Shown: positions 1 to 11,495 of the stretch, piece after piece
Position numbering within the stretch: the first letter of the stretch is position 1
Layout of the letters: each line of letters starts with the position of its first letter
From: an uncultured Acidobacteriota bacterium
GTDB taxonomy: Bacteria > Acidobacteriota > Thermoanaerobaculia > UBA5066 > DATFVB01
Reading direction: 5' to 3'
Assembly: GCA_963813155.1 (NCBI GenBank)
Contig: CAWEYG010000001.1
Span: 192,001-256,000, forward strand
Length of the DNA: 64,000 bases
Made by a program: the position numbers and the translations under genes
The notes under the pieces: generated by a model
What the model was told of the DNA's origin: nothing
Databases searched by the model: none
Seen by the model: only the letters and a program-made list of their open reading frames with translations

Positions 1-1084
1 CGCTTCCATGAATTTCTGCACGCCCTCGGTTTCCGCGAAATTGTCCGTGATGTCGCGGTAGTCAATGCCGAAGTCCGCGAGCGAATCGATCTGGCGGTGC
101 GCCTCCTCGACGTCGCGCGTCAACGTCGCCTCCGGGCGGCCGTGGTCGAGGTAGGCCTCCATCGTCTTGATCGGCATCGTGTTGACGGTGGGGCCCCCGA
201 TCAGTTCCTGGACATAGAGAATGTCGGAATAGGCCTTGTTCTTCGTCGAAGTCGACGCCCAGAGGCAGCGCTGCACGCGCGCGCCGCGATCGGCGAGCTT
301 TTCCCAGCGCGGGCCGGAAAAAACGCGCAGGTACGTCTCGAAGGCGAGCTTCGCGTTCGCGACGGCGATTTTTCCCCGGAGCCCCTCCAGGCGCGCCCGC
401 GCGCCGGCGTCGTCGATCTCCGCGAGCTTCTTTTCGATTCTCCGGTCCGTCTCCGTGTCGATCCGCGACACGAAAAACGAGGCGACGGAATGAACGCCGT
501 GCAGGTCTCCCCCGCGAGCGGCGAGCTCCTCGAGGCCCGAGAGATAGGCTTCCGCGACTTCCGCAGTACCGGCCGACGGAAAAGATCAGCGTGATGTTGA
601 TCGACTTCCCGGCCGCGATCATCCGGCGGATCGCCGGAATTCCCGCCGGCGTCCCGGGGATCTTCACCATCAGGTTCGGCCGCGCGATGTCCCGGTGGTA
701 CCGGGTCGCTTCGCGGACCGTTCCCTCCGTGTCGGACGCGAGGTCCGGCGCGACCTCGATCGAGACGAAGCCGTCTTCGCCCTTCGTCTTCCGGTAGATC
801 GGAAGAAACACGTCGCACGCCTCGCGGATGTCCTGCGTCGCGAGGGCGTCGAAGATTTCCTCCTTCGTCTTCCCCGCCGCCGCCAGCTTCTCGATGTCGG
901 CGTCGTAGGCGTTGCCCTCGGCGAGCGCCTTCTGGAAGATCGACGGGTTCGACGTGACGCCGACGACCGCCTTGTCCTCGGTGAGCTTCTGCAACTCGCC
1001 TCCGCGAATCATGGCGCGGGACAACTCGTCGCACCAGACGGAGACGCCGAAGTCCTTGAGCTGGAACAGAGAATTGCGGCTCAT
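1..1084 (-). CDS. tal: Transaldolase (runs off left edge; frameshift near 570)
   Basis: [55 protein letters not shown]; a shifted frame continues with [11 protein letters not shown] and LWASTSTK. Confidence 0.93.
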
Positions 1085-1566
1085 TCCTTCACCTCCGGAA
1101 AATCGAAACTTCCCGTTCGCGCGTCGATCTCGATCTGCTTCACCTTCTCGAGCCGGCGGCGGTGGCGTTCGGCCCCCGAGAACCGCGCCGACAGGAACGC
1201 CGCGACGACCTCCCTCGCGAGCGCGACCCCGACGACTCTCTCGCCGAGCGTGATGACGTTCGCGTCGTCGTCTTCGACGCCCTGGCGGGCGGAAAACGTG
1301 TCGTGGCACATCGCGCCGCGGACGCCGGGCACCTTGTTCACGGCGACCGACGCGCCGACTCCCGAGCCGCACACGACGATTCCCCGGTCCGCCATCCCCC
1401 GCGCGATCGCGACGGCGACGGCGCGGGCGGAATCGGGATAGTCGTCCGCCGGATCGAGCTCGAGATTGCCGAGGTCGGACACCTTGTGGCCCAGCTGTTC
1501 GACGAACGGCATCAACTCCCTTTTCAACGCGAAGCCCGCATGGTCGCTGCCGAATGCGACTTTCAT
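1081..1566 (-). CDS. rpiB: Ribose-5-phosphate isomerase B
   Basis: [32 protein letters not shown] motifs at the C-terminal end of ORF 1081..5202. Confidence 0.95.
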   Translation of the reverse strand: MKVAFGSDHAGFALKRELMPFVEQLGHKVSDLGNLELDPADDYPDSARAVAVAIARGMADRGIVVCGSGVGASVAVNKVPGVRGAMCHDTFSARQGVEDDDANVITLGERVVGVALAREVVAAFLSARFSGAERHRRRLEKVKQIEIDARTGSFDFPEVKE

Positions 1567-3612
1567 GCCTTCCGCCCTTGCAACAGCGACTCGGCCTGCC
1601 GGACGACGTTCTCGGCGCTGATTCCGAGCTCTTTGAACACCGTCCCCGCCGGCGCCGAGGCGCCGAAACGGTCGATGCCGATCGAAATCCCCTCCGCCCC
1701 GACGTACTTCTCCCAGCCGAAGGTCGCTCCGGCCTCGACGGAGATCCGCGCCCGGACGTCGGCGGGAAGCACCTCGTCCCGGTACTCGCGCGTCTGGCGG
1801 TCGAAGATCTGCGTCGAAGGCATCGAGACGACCCGTGCCGCGACGCTCTTCCCGGCGAGAGTCTCCTGGGCCGCGAGCGCGACCGCAACTTCGGAGCCGC
1901 TCGCGATCAGGATCAGGCGGGGCTTTCCCGACGGGGGATCGGAGAGAACGTAGCCGCCTCTCGCGGCGCCCTTCGCGGACGCGAGCTTCGCCCGGTCGAG
2001 AACGGGAAGCCCCTGGCGCGTGAGCACGAGGCCGACCGGCCCTTCCCGGTGCCCGATCGCCGACCTCCAGGCCTCCGCGGTTTCGTTCGCGTCGGCGGGC
2101 CGAATCAGGGTCATGTTCGGCATGGCGCGGAACGACGCGAGGTGCTCGATCGGCTGATGCGTCGGGCCGTCCTCGCCGAGACCGACCGAGTCGTGCGTCC
2201 AGACGTAGATCACGGGAAGCCGGGAAAGGCACGCGAGCCGCACGGACGGGCGCATGTAGTCGGAGAAGATGAAGAACGTCGCGCCGAACGGCCGCACGCC
2301 GCCGTGCGCGGCCATGCCGTTCAGGGCCGCTCCCATGCCGTGCTCGCGAATCCCCCAGTGGAAGTTTCGCCCGGCCGTCGCCGCTTCGAAGTCTTCTTCG
2401 CCGTCGAGGAGCGTGTCGGTCGAGGGAGCGAGGTCCGCGGAACCTCCCGCGAGCGCGGGGTAGCGCTTCGCGATCTTGTTCAGCACCTTTCCCGACGCCT
2501 TGCGCGTCGCGAGCTTTCCGTCCGCGACGGCGAATTCCGGGATTTCCGAGTCCCACCCGTCCGGGAGCCCGCCCTCGAGGTCCCGGCGGAATTCCGCCGC
2601 AAGGTCCGGGATACCGCCGGGCGTATTCGTCGAACGCGGCCTGCCAATCCTGTTGCGCCTGTCCCGCGCGCTTCCCGGCGTCGCGCCAGCGGGCGAGAGC
2701 CTCCGGGGGAACGGCGAAATGCTCGTCCGGGTTCCATCCGAGGACCATCTTCGTCGCGCGGACTTCTTCCTCGCCGAGCGGCGATCCGTGCGCGTCGGCC
2801 GAGTCGGTCTTGTGGGGAGAGGGGTAACCGATGTGCGATCTCATGATGACGAGGGAAGGCCTTCCGGTCTCGGCGGCCGCCTCTCCGTAGGCCTTCTCGA
2901 GCGCGTCCACGTCGTTCGCGTCGGGAACCCGCAGGACGTGCCAGCCGTATCCCTCGAATCGCTTCTGCACGTCCTCGTCGAAGGCGAGCTTCGTGTCCCC
3001 CTCGATCGTGATGTGATTGTCGTCGTAGAGAAGATTCAGCTTTCCGAGCCGCAGATGACCCGCGAGCGACGCCGCTTCCGAGGCGACTCCCTCCATGAGG
3101 TCGCCGTCGCTGCAAAACCCCCACACCCGGTGATTCACGATCTCCTGGCCGGGCCGGTTGAAGCGTTTCGCGAGCAGCCGTTCCGCGATCGCCATGCCGA
3201 CGGCGTTTCCGAATCCCTGGCCGAGCGGTCCGGTCGTGACCTCCACGCCCGGCGTGTGCCCGCGCTCCGGGTGTCCCGGCGTGGACGAGCCCCACTGCCG
3301 GAAATTCTTGATGTCGTCGAGCGAAACACCGTAGCCGGTCAGAAACAGAACCGAGTAGAGCAGCATCGAGGCGTGACCGTTGGACAGGATGAAGCGGTCG
3401 CGGTCCGGCCAGTTCGGATCGGCCGGGTTGTATCGAAGCCGGCGCGTCCACAGCGCGTAGGCCGCGGGCGCAAGCGCCATCGGCGTCCCCGGGTGGCCCG
3501 ATTCCGCTTTCTGAACCGCGTCCATGGAAAGCGTCCGAATCGTGTCGATGCAGAGCTGGTCGAGCTGGAGATCCGCGCTCGACGGCGCGGCTTCGTTCCG
3601 GACTGAGCTCAC
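1563..3612 (-). CDS. tkt: Transketolase (frameshift near 2610)
   Basis: [35 protein letters not shown]...YDDN in one frame; [28 protein letters not shown] in ORF 1563..2486. Confidence 0.95.
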
Positions 3613-3693
3613 TCGGACCTCTCTTTCCCTCAAGATGTAATCACATGCGAAATCAATTCCAAAACCGGGCCGAATCGGAATATTCTCACGAAA

Positions 3694-5245
3694 ATGCCCG
3701 ACCGCGGCGCCCCGCCCTCCCGGCCCGTCGTCCTCGTCATCTGCGACGGCTGGGGCGTTCGCGACGAAACGCCGGGAAATGCGATCGCTCTCGCGAGAAC
3801 TCCGAACTATCGGCGAATGCTCGCGGAATACCCGTCGACGACGCTGCGGGCGTCCGGCGAGGACGTGGGCCTGCCGGCCGGCCAGATGGGAAATTCCGAG
3901 GTGGGGCACCTGAATCTCGGCGCGGGGAGGATGGTTCCCCAGGACATCCTGCGGATCGATCTCGGGATCCGCGACGGGTCCTTCTTCCGAAACCCGGCGC
4001 TTCTCGGCGCCTGCGAGGCGGCGAAGGCCCGCGGGACCGCGCTCCACCTGATGGGCCTCGTTTCCGACGGCGGCGTTCACTCCCACGAGAACCATCTCTT
4101 CGCGCTGCTCGAGCTCGCTTCCCGGCACGGCCCTCCGGACGTGTTCGTGCACGCCTTCCTGGACGGCCGGGACACTCCTCCGCAATCGGCCCCGCTCTAC
4201 ATCAAAAGGCTCGAGGACGCGATTTCCCGCGTCGGGACGGGCCGAATCTCGACGATCTCGGGCCGCTACTACGCGATGGACCGCGACAACCGCTGGGATC
4301 GAACCGAGAAGGCCTACGCGGCAATCGCCCTCGGAATCGGAATGCGGGCCGTGAGCCCGGCCGAAGCGCTCGCGAACGCGGCCCTCCGCGGCGAGACCGA
4401 CGAGTTCGTCGCCCCGACGGTCGTTCTGGACGGCGACGACCCGGTCGGGAGCCTCGCGGCGGGAGATGCGGCCGTCTTCTTCAACTTTCGGGCGGATCGC
4501 GCCCGACAGCTGACCGAAGCCGTCACGCAGGAGGACTTCTCGCGCTTTCCGCGCGAGGCCCTCCCCGGCGTCGACTTCGTGTGCATGACCCGGTACAAGA
4601 AGGAATTCGCGCTGCCGGTCGCGTTTCCGCCCCAGCGGCTCGTCAACATTCTCGCGCAGGTCTGGGAATCGGCGCAGGTCCTGAATCTCCGGCTCGCGGA
4701 GACCGAGAAATACGCCCACGTGACGTACTTCTTCAACGGCGGGGTCGAGAAGGAGTTCGCGGGAGAGTCGCGCCTGCTCGTTCCCTCCCCGAAGGTCGCG
4801 ACGTACGACCTCGCGCCCCGCATGGCCGCTCCCGAAATCACCGAGAAAGCGCTCGAGGCGGTCTCCTCGGGCGTCTACGACGCGATCGTGATGAATTTCG
4901 CGAACGCGGACATGGTCGGCCACACGGGCAAGCTCGAGCCGACCGTCGAAGCGGTGGAATGCCTCGACGCCTGTCTCGGGCAACTTCTCGACGCGGTCCT
5001 CGCCCGAGGCGGAGCGCTCCTGATGACCGGAGACCACGGAAACGCGGAGCAGATGATCGACCCGGAGACGGGGGCGCCGCAGACCGCCCACACGACGAAT
5101 CCCGTTCCGCTCATCGTCGCGACGAACGACGATCGCCGCCCTCTCGCCGACCGGAGGCGCCCTGAAGGACGTCGCGCCGACGATTCTCGGCCTGATGGGC
5201 ATTCCCGTTCCGAAGGAGATGACCGGGCGAGATCTGCGGCGATGA
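3694..5245 (+). CDS. gpmI: 2,3-bisphosphoglycerate-independent phosphoglycerate mutase (frameshift near 5150)
   Basis: [54 protein letters not shown]; C-terminus [13 protein letters not shown] in a shifted frame. Confidence 0.95.
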
Positions 5246-7074
5246 CCTCCCTTCGCGTCGCGTCGCCGCCCGACCGGCCCACGATGCTCTTCGACGGAGA
5301 CTGCGGCTTCTGCCGGTTCTGGGTCGAGCGATGGAAGCCGAAGCTCGAGGGCAGGGTCGACTTTCGCCCGTTTCAGGAGGAGGGCGGCCGGTTTCCCGAG
5401 ATTCCCCGTCGAACAATTCCGGAAAGCCGTGCACCTCGTCCAGCCCTCCGGGGAAGTGACGCGCGGCGCGGAGGCCGTCTTCCAGGCGCTCTCGGAGCGA
5501 GGACGGCGCTGGCCGCTCGCGCTCTACCGCCATCTTCCCGGCTTCGCCGCCGTCACGGAGCTCGCCTACCGCGCGATCGCGGATCACCGAATCTCGCGGC
5601 GAAGCTGACGACGCTCTCGTGGGGACGAGATCCTTCGCCCGCCGACGTACGCGCGCTCGACCTGGCTCTTCTTGCGGATTCTGGGCGCGATCTCCCTCGC
5701 CGCGTTCCTGTCTCTCGCCGTCCAGATCGACGGTCTCGTCGGAGAAAACGGGATTCTCCCCGCGCGGCGATTCCTGCAGGCCGTCTCGGACCAGGTCGGG
5801 ACTGCGGAAGCTCTGGCTCGCTCCGACGCTCTGCTGGATCTCCGGCTCGAACGGATTTCTCCACGCCCTGTGCCTCGCCGGGGCGATCGGCTCCATCCTG
5901 CTGATGCTCGACTTCGCGCCGGCGCTGTGCGCGTTCCTCCTCTGGGCCCTCTACCTCTCGCTCGGCGTCGTGTGCCAGGACTTCCTGGCCTTCCAGTGGG
6001 ACACGCTGCTCCTGGAGGCGCTGTTTCTCGCGATCTTTCTCGCTCCGCTGCGCCTCCGCCGGGGCGGGCCCGAGGAGCCTCCCGGCATCGCGCACGGACT
6101 CGCCCGCTGGCTGCTCTTCCGCCTGATGTTCTTCTCCGGCGTCGTCAAGCTCGGCAGCGGCGACCGGACGTGGCGCGGCCTCACGGCTCTTCGCCACCAC
6201 TACGAGACGCAGCCGCTTCCGACGGGGATCGGCTGGTACGCGCACCACCTTCCCGCGAAAGCCCAGAGCGCCTCCGCCGCGGTCCTGTTCGCCGTCGAGC
6301 TCGCCGCGCCGTTCCTGATCTTCGCGCCGCGCCGGCTTCGCAATCTCGGGCTCGCCCTGCTCGTGGCGCTCCAGGTCGCGATCGGCCTGACGGGCAACTA
6401 CGCGTTCTTCAACCTGCTCGCGATCGCGCTCTGCGTGCTCGCGTGCGACGACCAGACGCTGCCCGGCCGCTTCCCCGCCGGGCGCGAGCGCGCGCCCGGG
6501 CGCGCCGCAGATGGCCCCGGCCCGTGCTCGCCGCTCTTGCGGTCGTCATCGTCGCCGTCAGCGGCATCGAGGCCGAAGAGGCTCTCTTCCACCGCGCGTG
6601 GCCGCAGCCGGCCGTCTGGCTCGCGCGAGGCCGCCGAGCCGTTTCGAACGATCAACAGCTACGGCCTCTTCGCCGTGATGACGACGACGCGCCCGGAGAT
6701 CGTCGTCGAGGGAAGCGCCGACGGGGAGACCTGGAAGCCCTACGAGTTCCGCTGGAAGCCGGGGAATCTCGCGCGCCGGCCCGCGTTCGTCGAACCGCAC
6801 CAGCCGCGCCTGGACTGGCAGATGTGGTTCGCGGCGCTCGGCTCGCTCGAGCAGAACCCGTGGCTCGAGGGATTTCCTGTCGCGGCTCCTCGAAGGCTCC
6901 CCCGACGTGCTGCGCCTCCTGAAGACCAACCCCTTTCCCGGCGCTCCGCCGCGCTACGTCCGCGCGCTCCTGTACGACTACAAGTTCACGACCCTGGAGG
7001 AAAAACGGCGGACGGGGAACTGGTGGAAGCGCGAGCTCCTCGGGGCCTATTCGCCGGTGTTCTCGAAACGCTAG
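5242..7074 (+). CDS. DCC1-like thiol-disulfide oxidoreductase fused to lipase maturation factor (LMF) family membrane protein; several frameshifts
   Basis: N-terminal FDGDCGFC; LMF motifs [63 protein letters not shown]. Confidence 0.85.
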
Positions 7075-8483
7075 ACCGTCGCGACCTTCATCAGGTTCGT
7101 CGCGCCCCGGCCGCGCGTGGAGCCGGAGACGATCGACGATGCGGTCCCCGGGTCTTCAGAGTAGCCGCCCCGCCGCAGCTTCGCCTTCGCATTCTCGACC
7201 ATCCGGTCGGTGTTCGACGGCATCGCGAGAGACACGCCGGTGACGCCCGCGTACAGCGTCACTTTCCGGCACGCTTCCTTCTTCCGCGCGATCGCGTAGA
7301 TCGGCCTCCCCCGGACGAATTTCGACAGGAGCAGCGCCGTCCGACCGGTCTCGGTGAAGCAGACGATCGCGCGCGCTCCCACTTCGGAGGCCGTCTGGCA
7401 GGCGGCCTTCGTCACCGCGTGCGCGACCGACGTGTCGCTGCGGGACAGGAACGTGCTCTTCAGGAATTCCGACTCCTCCGCGACGCGCGCGATCGTCGCC
7501 ATCATCCGCACGGATTCCCGCGGATACCGCCCCGCCGCCGTCTCGGCCGAGAGCATGACGGCGTCGGTGCCGTCGAAGATCGCGTTCGCGACGTCGGAAG
7601 CCTCCGCACGGGTCGGCCTCGCGTGCTCGATCATCGATTCGAGCATCTGGGTCGCCGTGATCACGGGGATCTCCCGTTCGTTCGCCCGGTTGATGAGACG
7701 CTTCTGGATCTCGGGCACGTCCTGCGCCGGCAGCTCGACGCCGAGGTCGCCCCGGGCGACCATGAGCCCGTCCGCGACGTCCAGGATCCGGTCGAGATCC
7801 TCCAGCGCCTCCGGCTTTTCGATCTTCGCGATGACGGGAAGATCGGCGGAGCTGCGGCGAAGGAGCTTCTTCAGCAACTCGATGTCGCGGGCGGACCTCA
7901 CGAAGGATTGGGCCAGGAAATCGACGCCGGCGGCCGACGCGAACGCCAGGTCCCGCCGGTCCTTCCGCGTGAGGGGCCCGATGGAAAGCCTCACGCCGGG
8001 AAAATTCAGCCCTTTGTGCTCGTGAAGAAGTCCCCCGATCCGCACGCGGCATTCCACTCTCGACCGCCTCACCTTTTCGACGACCCATTCGAGCAGGCCG
8101 TCGTCGACGAGAATGCGGTCTCCCGCCGACACGTCGCGCGCGAGACGGGGGTAATTCGTCGGGATGTCGGAGCCGGCGGCTTCCGAAGCGGGAACGAGAA
8201 CCACCCGCTCTCCCGCTCGGACCTCCCGGGGACCGCCGGCGAGCGTTCCCGTGCGGATTTTCGGTCCCGACAGGTCGAAGATGATCGGAATCGGCCGGCC
8301 GAGGCGCCGCTCCATTCCGCGAACGGCGTCGATCCGTCTCCGATGGTCGCGGGCCTCGCCGTGCGAGGCGTTCAGGCGAACGATGTCGACGCCGGCCTCG
8401 AGGATCGCGGCCAGGATCCCCGGCGGGTCCGTCGCGGGCCCCAGCGTCGCGATGATCTTGGTCCGGCGAAACGGTCTGGCCAT
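7071..8483 (-). CDS. pyk: Pyruvate kinase
   Basis: RRTKIIATLGPA, RLNASHG, DLSGPKIR, IAKIE, MVARGDLGVE, TRAEASDVANA, MLSAETA. Confidence 0.97.
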   Translation of the reverse strand: MARPFRRTKIIATLGPATDPPGILAAILEAGVDIVRLNASHGEARDHRRRIDAVRGMERRLGRPIPIIFDLSGPKIRTGTLAGGPREVRAGERVVLVPASEAAGSDIPTNYPRLARDVSAGDRILVDDGLLEWVVEKVRRSRVECRVRIGGLLHEHKGLNFPGVRLSIGPLTRKDRRDLAFASAAGVDFLAQSFVRSARDIELLKKLLRRSSADLPVIAKIEKPEALEDLDRILDVADGLMVARGDLGVELPAQDVPEIQKRLINRANEREIPVITATQMLESMIEHARPTRAEASDVANAIFDGTDAVMLSAETAAGRYPRESVRMMATIARVAEESEFLKSTFLSRSDTSVAHAVTKAACQTASEVGARAIVCFTETGRTALLLSKFVRGRPIYAIARKKEACRKVTLYAGVTGVSLAMPSNTDRMVENAKAKLRRGGYSEDPGTASSIVSGSTRGRGATNLMKVATV

Positions 8484-8491
8484 CTCGAGCG

Positions 8492-9841
8492 TCAGGCCCG
8501 CGTTTTTCGAAACCGGGCGAGCCGTTGCCGGAGGGGACGCAGGCGGGCCTTCACGCCGTGGTACACGCGAAACGCAAGCACTTCCGCCGCGCGCGCCATC
8601 TGCCGGGGCGTGCCGATCCACCGGACCTCCCGGCGGCGGAGCTTGTCCATCTCCGCCCTCAGCTCGGCATAGAACGCTTCGTCGCCCCGAAAGAACATGT
8701 TTTTCAAGCCGCAAAGCGACGGCTCGACGCACTGGCGCTTGAGGGTTTCGAACCGGCCCTCGCGATAGAACATCCGCCCGCCCCTCAGCATGACCTCGCG
8801 CTGCTCTTCCCGCATCTTCGTGAATTTCGGGCCCTGCCAGTGGCTCTGGAACGTGCCCTCGAGCGCGTTGCCGAGGGGCTTGTACTCCGGGTTCAGCAGC
8901 ATGCAACAGGGGTACAGCTCCCCGTTGCCGCGAACCGTCGCCGTGTACCAGCCGAAAAAGCACTGCCCGTCGATCTCCCGAAAGGACGGCGCCGTCGGAA
9001 ATACCTCGCGCGGAGGCTCCGCAATCTGCCTTCGAATTTCGTCGGCCATGACGTTCCATGCCTGGAACGGAAAGAAGATCTGGAGCCGACCGGCCTCGCG
9101 GTCCTCCCGCAGGACCTCTTCGAGATAGGGTCGGAGCGCCTCGCCGTCGGCGATTTCGTCGAACAGGAGATTTCCGTCGATGCGCTCGAGTGGAATTTCG
9201 AGCACCGGGTTGACGGCGATCCGGTCGACGCCGAGCGAGCGCCCGAGGCGGTACATCGCCGGGAGATCGGAGAAATTCTTCCGGTCGATCAGGAACTGGA
9301 CCACGACATTCGGAAAGGCCCCGCTGCCGCGAGCGGCGAGGAGCCCTCGAACGTTCTCGAGAACCCTGTCGAACGTCGCCTCCGGCACCTGCATCATGCG
9401 CCGGTAGTCGGCCGCGTCGGCCGCGTTCAGCGAAAAGAGGACTTCGCGGCAACGGTTCTCGACGAGCCGCCGCGCGATGTCGGGCCCGAGCAGGGCGCCG
9501 TTGGTCGTCAGGTTGTCCACGACGACGCCGCGCGACTGCAGGTGGTCGAAGACTTCGACGATCTCGCGGTGATAGAGGGGATCGCCTCCTCCGGAGAGGC
9601 GCACCGACTTCAGCCCGCCTTCGACGAGCTCGTCGACCAGACGGCGCACGTGCTCGATCGACAGTTGCTCTTTCGTGCGGACATCCTGCTGGTTGCAGAA
9701 GTAGCAGGCGACGTTGCAGCGGTCCGTGACGTCGAGCTCCGCGTGCACGGGACCGCGCGTCGAAGCGCCGCCGGCGATCGCCGCGATGATCTCGCGCTTT
9801 CTCTCCGTCTCGATCTCGGCCCAGCCGTGCGAACCCGCCAT
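8492..9841 (-). CDS. Radical SAM protein with C-terminal SPASM/twitch-like domain
   Basis: CNVACYFC (CxxxCxxC), SGGGDP, TTNG; C-terminal CFFGW...GELYPCC...C...C. Confidence 0.9.
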   Translation of the reverse strand: MAGSHGWAEIETERKREIIAAIAGGASTRGPVHAELDVTDRCNVACYFCNQQDVRTKEQLSIEHVRRLVDELVEGGLKSVRLSGGGDPLYHREIVEVFDHLQSRGVVVDNLTTNGALLGPDIARRLVENRCREVLFSLNAADAADYRRMMQVPEATFDRVLENVRGLLAARGSGAFPNVVVQFLIDRKNFSDLPAMYRLGRSLGVDRIAVNPVLEIPLERIDGNLLFDEIADGEALRPYLEEVLREDREAGRLQIFFPFQAWNVMADEIRRQIAEPPREVFPTAPSFREIDGQCFFGWYTATVRGNGELYPCCMLLNPEYKPLGNALEGTFQSHWQGPKFTKMREEQREVMLRGGRMFYREGRFETLKRQCVEPSLCGLKNMFFRGDEAFYAELRAEMDKLRRREVRWIGTPRQMARAAEVLAFRVYHGVKARLRPLRQRLARFRKTRA

Positions 9842-9872
9842 CGGTTCGAGTATACCTTCCGAAGAAAATCTC

Positions 9873-10724
9873 TCAGGCCGAGGCTGCGACGGTCTTCTCC
9901 ATCCGCTCCAGCACCGAAACGGGCGCCCGCTCCGGAACGACGAGGGCCGTCCGCGGAACGATGAACGTCTGTTCCAGCGCGAAGCGGCCCGACAGGACGG
10001 CATGGGCGACGGTGTCCGTGAATACCATCCATCCGGAACCGGGCGGGAAGGACGTCTCCACTTTCGGGCAAGTCGCCTGGTACCGGTCGTTCTCCTTCAG
10101 GAAATGGTGGAAGCGAAGCATGAAATCGTCGTATCGGGGCCGTCCCAGGAGGCGGCGCCAGCTCGCGCGGCCGAGGATCCCCGACGAAACGGCGTACTTC
10201 TTCGCGAGAGCCTCGAATCGCTCGCGCCCGGTGACCCACCGGCGGGGGTCTTTCTCGTTCAGGTTCGCGAAGACGCGCAGGATCCTTCCGCCGCGTGTCG
10301 GACGGGTGGGAAAAGAGTCGACGTGCAGCAGGTCGTTGCGTGAACGCAGGGCGAGCGGCCGGCCCGCCTCCTCGATCGGACGAAAGCTCGCGTAGTCGAG
10401 CTCCGCGGCGACGTAGGAGGGAAAGAGGAAGGAGAGGAATCGCCGGGCGCCGTCGGAGTATCGGGAAAGAATCGACCGCAGCCGCTCGGCCTGGGCCGGG
10501 TCCTTCGAGGAGAACCCCGTCAACCGGCCCTCCTCCGGCCGGAAGGCGATGTTCTTGTGGAAGCTGGAATCGGTCGCGTCGAGGCCGAGCAGGAAGGCCC
10601 GATCTTCGGCAGGCACCGCGATCGGCGACGCGGGGAACAGGAGAATTCCCCCCATCTCGAGGGCTCGCTGGCAGCGACTCCGACGGAGGGGATCGAGAGC
10701 CGCGGCGTTCGAAATGGAAATCAT
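9873..10724 (-). CDS. kdoO: Kdo hydroxylase family protein (KdoO-like); true start may be ATG at 10744 with a frameshift
   Basis: HKNIAF, SFRPIEE, NDLLHVDSFPTRPTRGGRILRVFAN, YDDFMLRFHHFLK, HAVLSGRFALEQTF match the Kdo_hydroxy family pattern. Confidence 0.8.
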   Translation of the reverse strand: MISISNAAALDPLRRSRCQRALEMGGILLFPASPIAVPAEDRAFLLGLDATDSSFHKNIAFRPEEGRLTGFSSKDPAQAERLRSILSRYSDGARRFLSFLFPSYVAAELDYASFRPIEEAGRPLALRSRNDLLHVDSFPTRPTRGGRILRVFANLNEKDPRRWVTGRERFEALAKKYAVSSGILGRASWRRLLGRPRYDDFMLRFHHFLKENDRYQATCPKVETSFPPGSGWMVFTDTVAHAVLSGRFALEQTFIVPRTALVVPERAPVSVLERMEKTVAASA

Positions 10725-10765
10725 ACGGCCGCCGAATCCGACATCCCGGGGAGTTTAACCCGGCG

Positions 10766-11080
10766 CTACTTCCAGTGACCGTCGACCCAGTACCAGCCTT
10801 CGCGGGTGTGGCGCCAGTGGCCGGCCACCCAGCGGGCGCCGCGGCGGGGCCTCACGGCCCAGTGGCCTCCGACCCACACGTAAGCGTTGCCGCGCCACTC
10901 GTGGTGCCCGCCGATCCAGACGTGCTCGGGCCCGGGCGCCGTGCCGATGACTTCCACCTCGGCGGGCGGGGGGGCGATCCGCGCGTACACGACCCCGCGC
11001 GGCGGAGGCGGAGGACAGCCGACGAGCAGCGGAAGGACGAGGACGGCGGCAACGAGGAGAGCAGGAATGCGAATCTTCAT
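10766..11080 (-). CDS. YXWGXW (WxxGxW) repeat lipoprotein
   Basis: Signal peptide with lipobox LVGC; repeats WIGGHHEW, WVGGHW, WVAGHW, WVDGHW; GGAG SD. Confidence 0.88.
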   Translation of the reverse strand: MKIRIPALLVAAVLVLPLLVGCPPPPPRGVVYARIAPPPAEVEVIGTAPGPEHVWIGGHHEWRGNAYVWVGGHWAVRPRRGARWVAGHWRHTREGWYWVDGHWK

Positions 11081-11131
11081 GGCGAGCTCCCTCCTATCGG
11101 GCAAGGATAGCAATTCCCGGATCGGGCGGAC

Positions 11132-11440
11132 CTATTTCCAGCTGCCGTCCCGGTAGCGCCATCCCCGGTCGGAGTGGTCCCAGCTGCCCTTCTCCCAGTG
11201 GGCGCCGGCGCGGGGCGGCTTCTGCCAGCTCCCCTTCTGCCACGTGTACCCGCCTCCCCGCCAGATGTGATGCCCGCCCACCCAGATGAAGTCGGGGCCC
11301 GGCGCGACGCCGTAGACCTCGACCTCCTCGGCGGGAGGCCCGTAGGACGCGTACCCGTAGGTCGCGCAGCCCGCGAGAAGGGGAAAAGCCGCAGCCGCGG
11401 CGAGCAGAAGAACTTTCTGACGTATCTTCTTCGTAAACAT
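11132..11440 (-). CDS. YXWGXW repeat lipoprotein (paralog)
   Basis: Lipobox LAGC; WVGGHHIW, WQKGSW, WEKGSW repeats. Confidence 0.88.
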   Translation of the reverse strand: MFTKKIRQKVLLLAAAAAFPLLAGCATYGYASYGPPAEEVEVYGVAPGPDFIWVGGHHIWRGGGYTWQKGSWQKPPRAGAHWEKGSWDHSDRGWRYRDGSWK

Positions 11441-11468
11441 CACGAACTCCTTCGAGATGTAGGAAAGT

Positions 11469-11483
11469 GCAATTTTCGGGCCG
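11469..11483 (-). promoter_or_regulatory. Candidate sigma54 (-24/-12) promoter for the WxxGxW lipoprotein pair
   Basis: Minus strand CGGCCCGAAAATTGC = GG-N10-GC with TTGC, about 30 bp upstream of ATG 11440. Confidence 0.6.
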
Positions 11484-11495
11484 GGAGACGGGGTA

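Noticed and set aside
11095-11125. sigma54 promoter before the second WxxGxW gene
   Set aside because: TTGC is present but the -24 position reads GA rather than GG.
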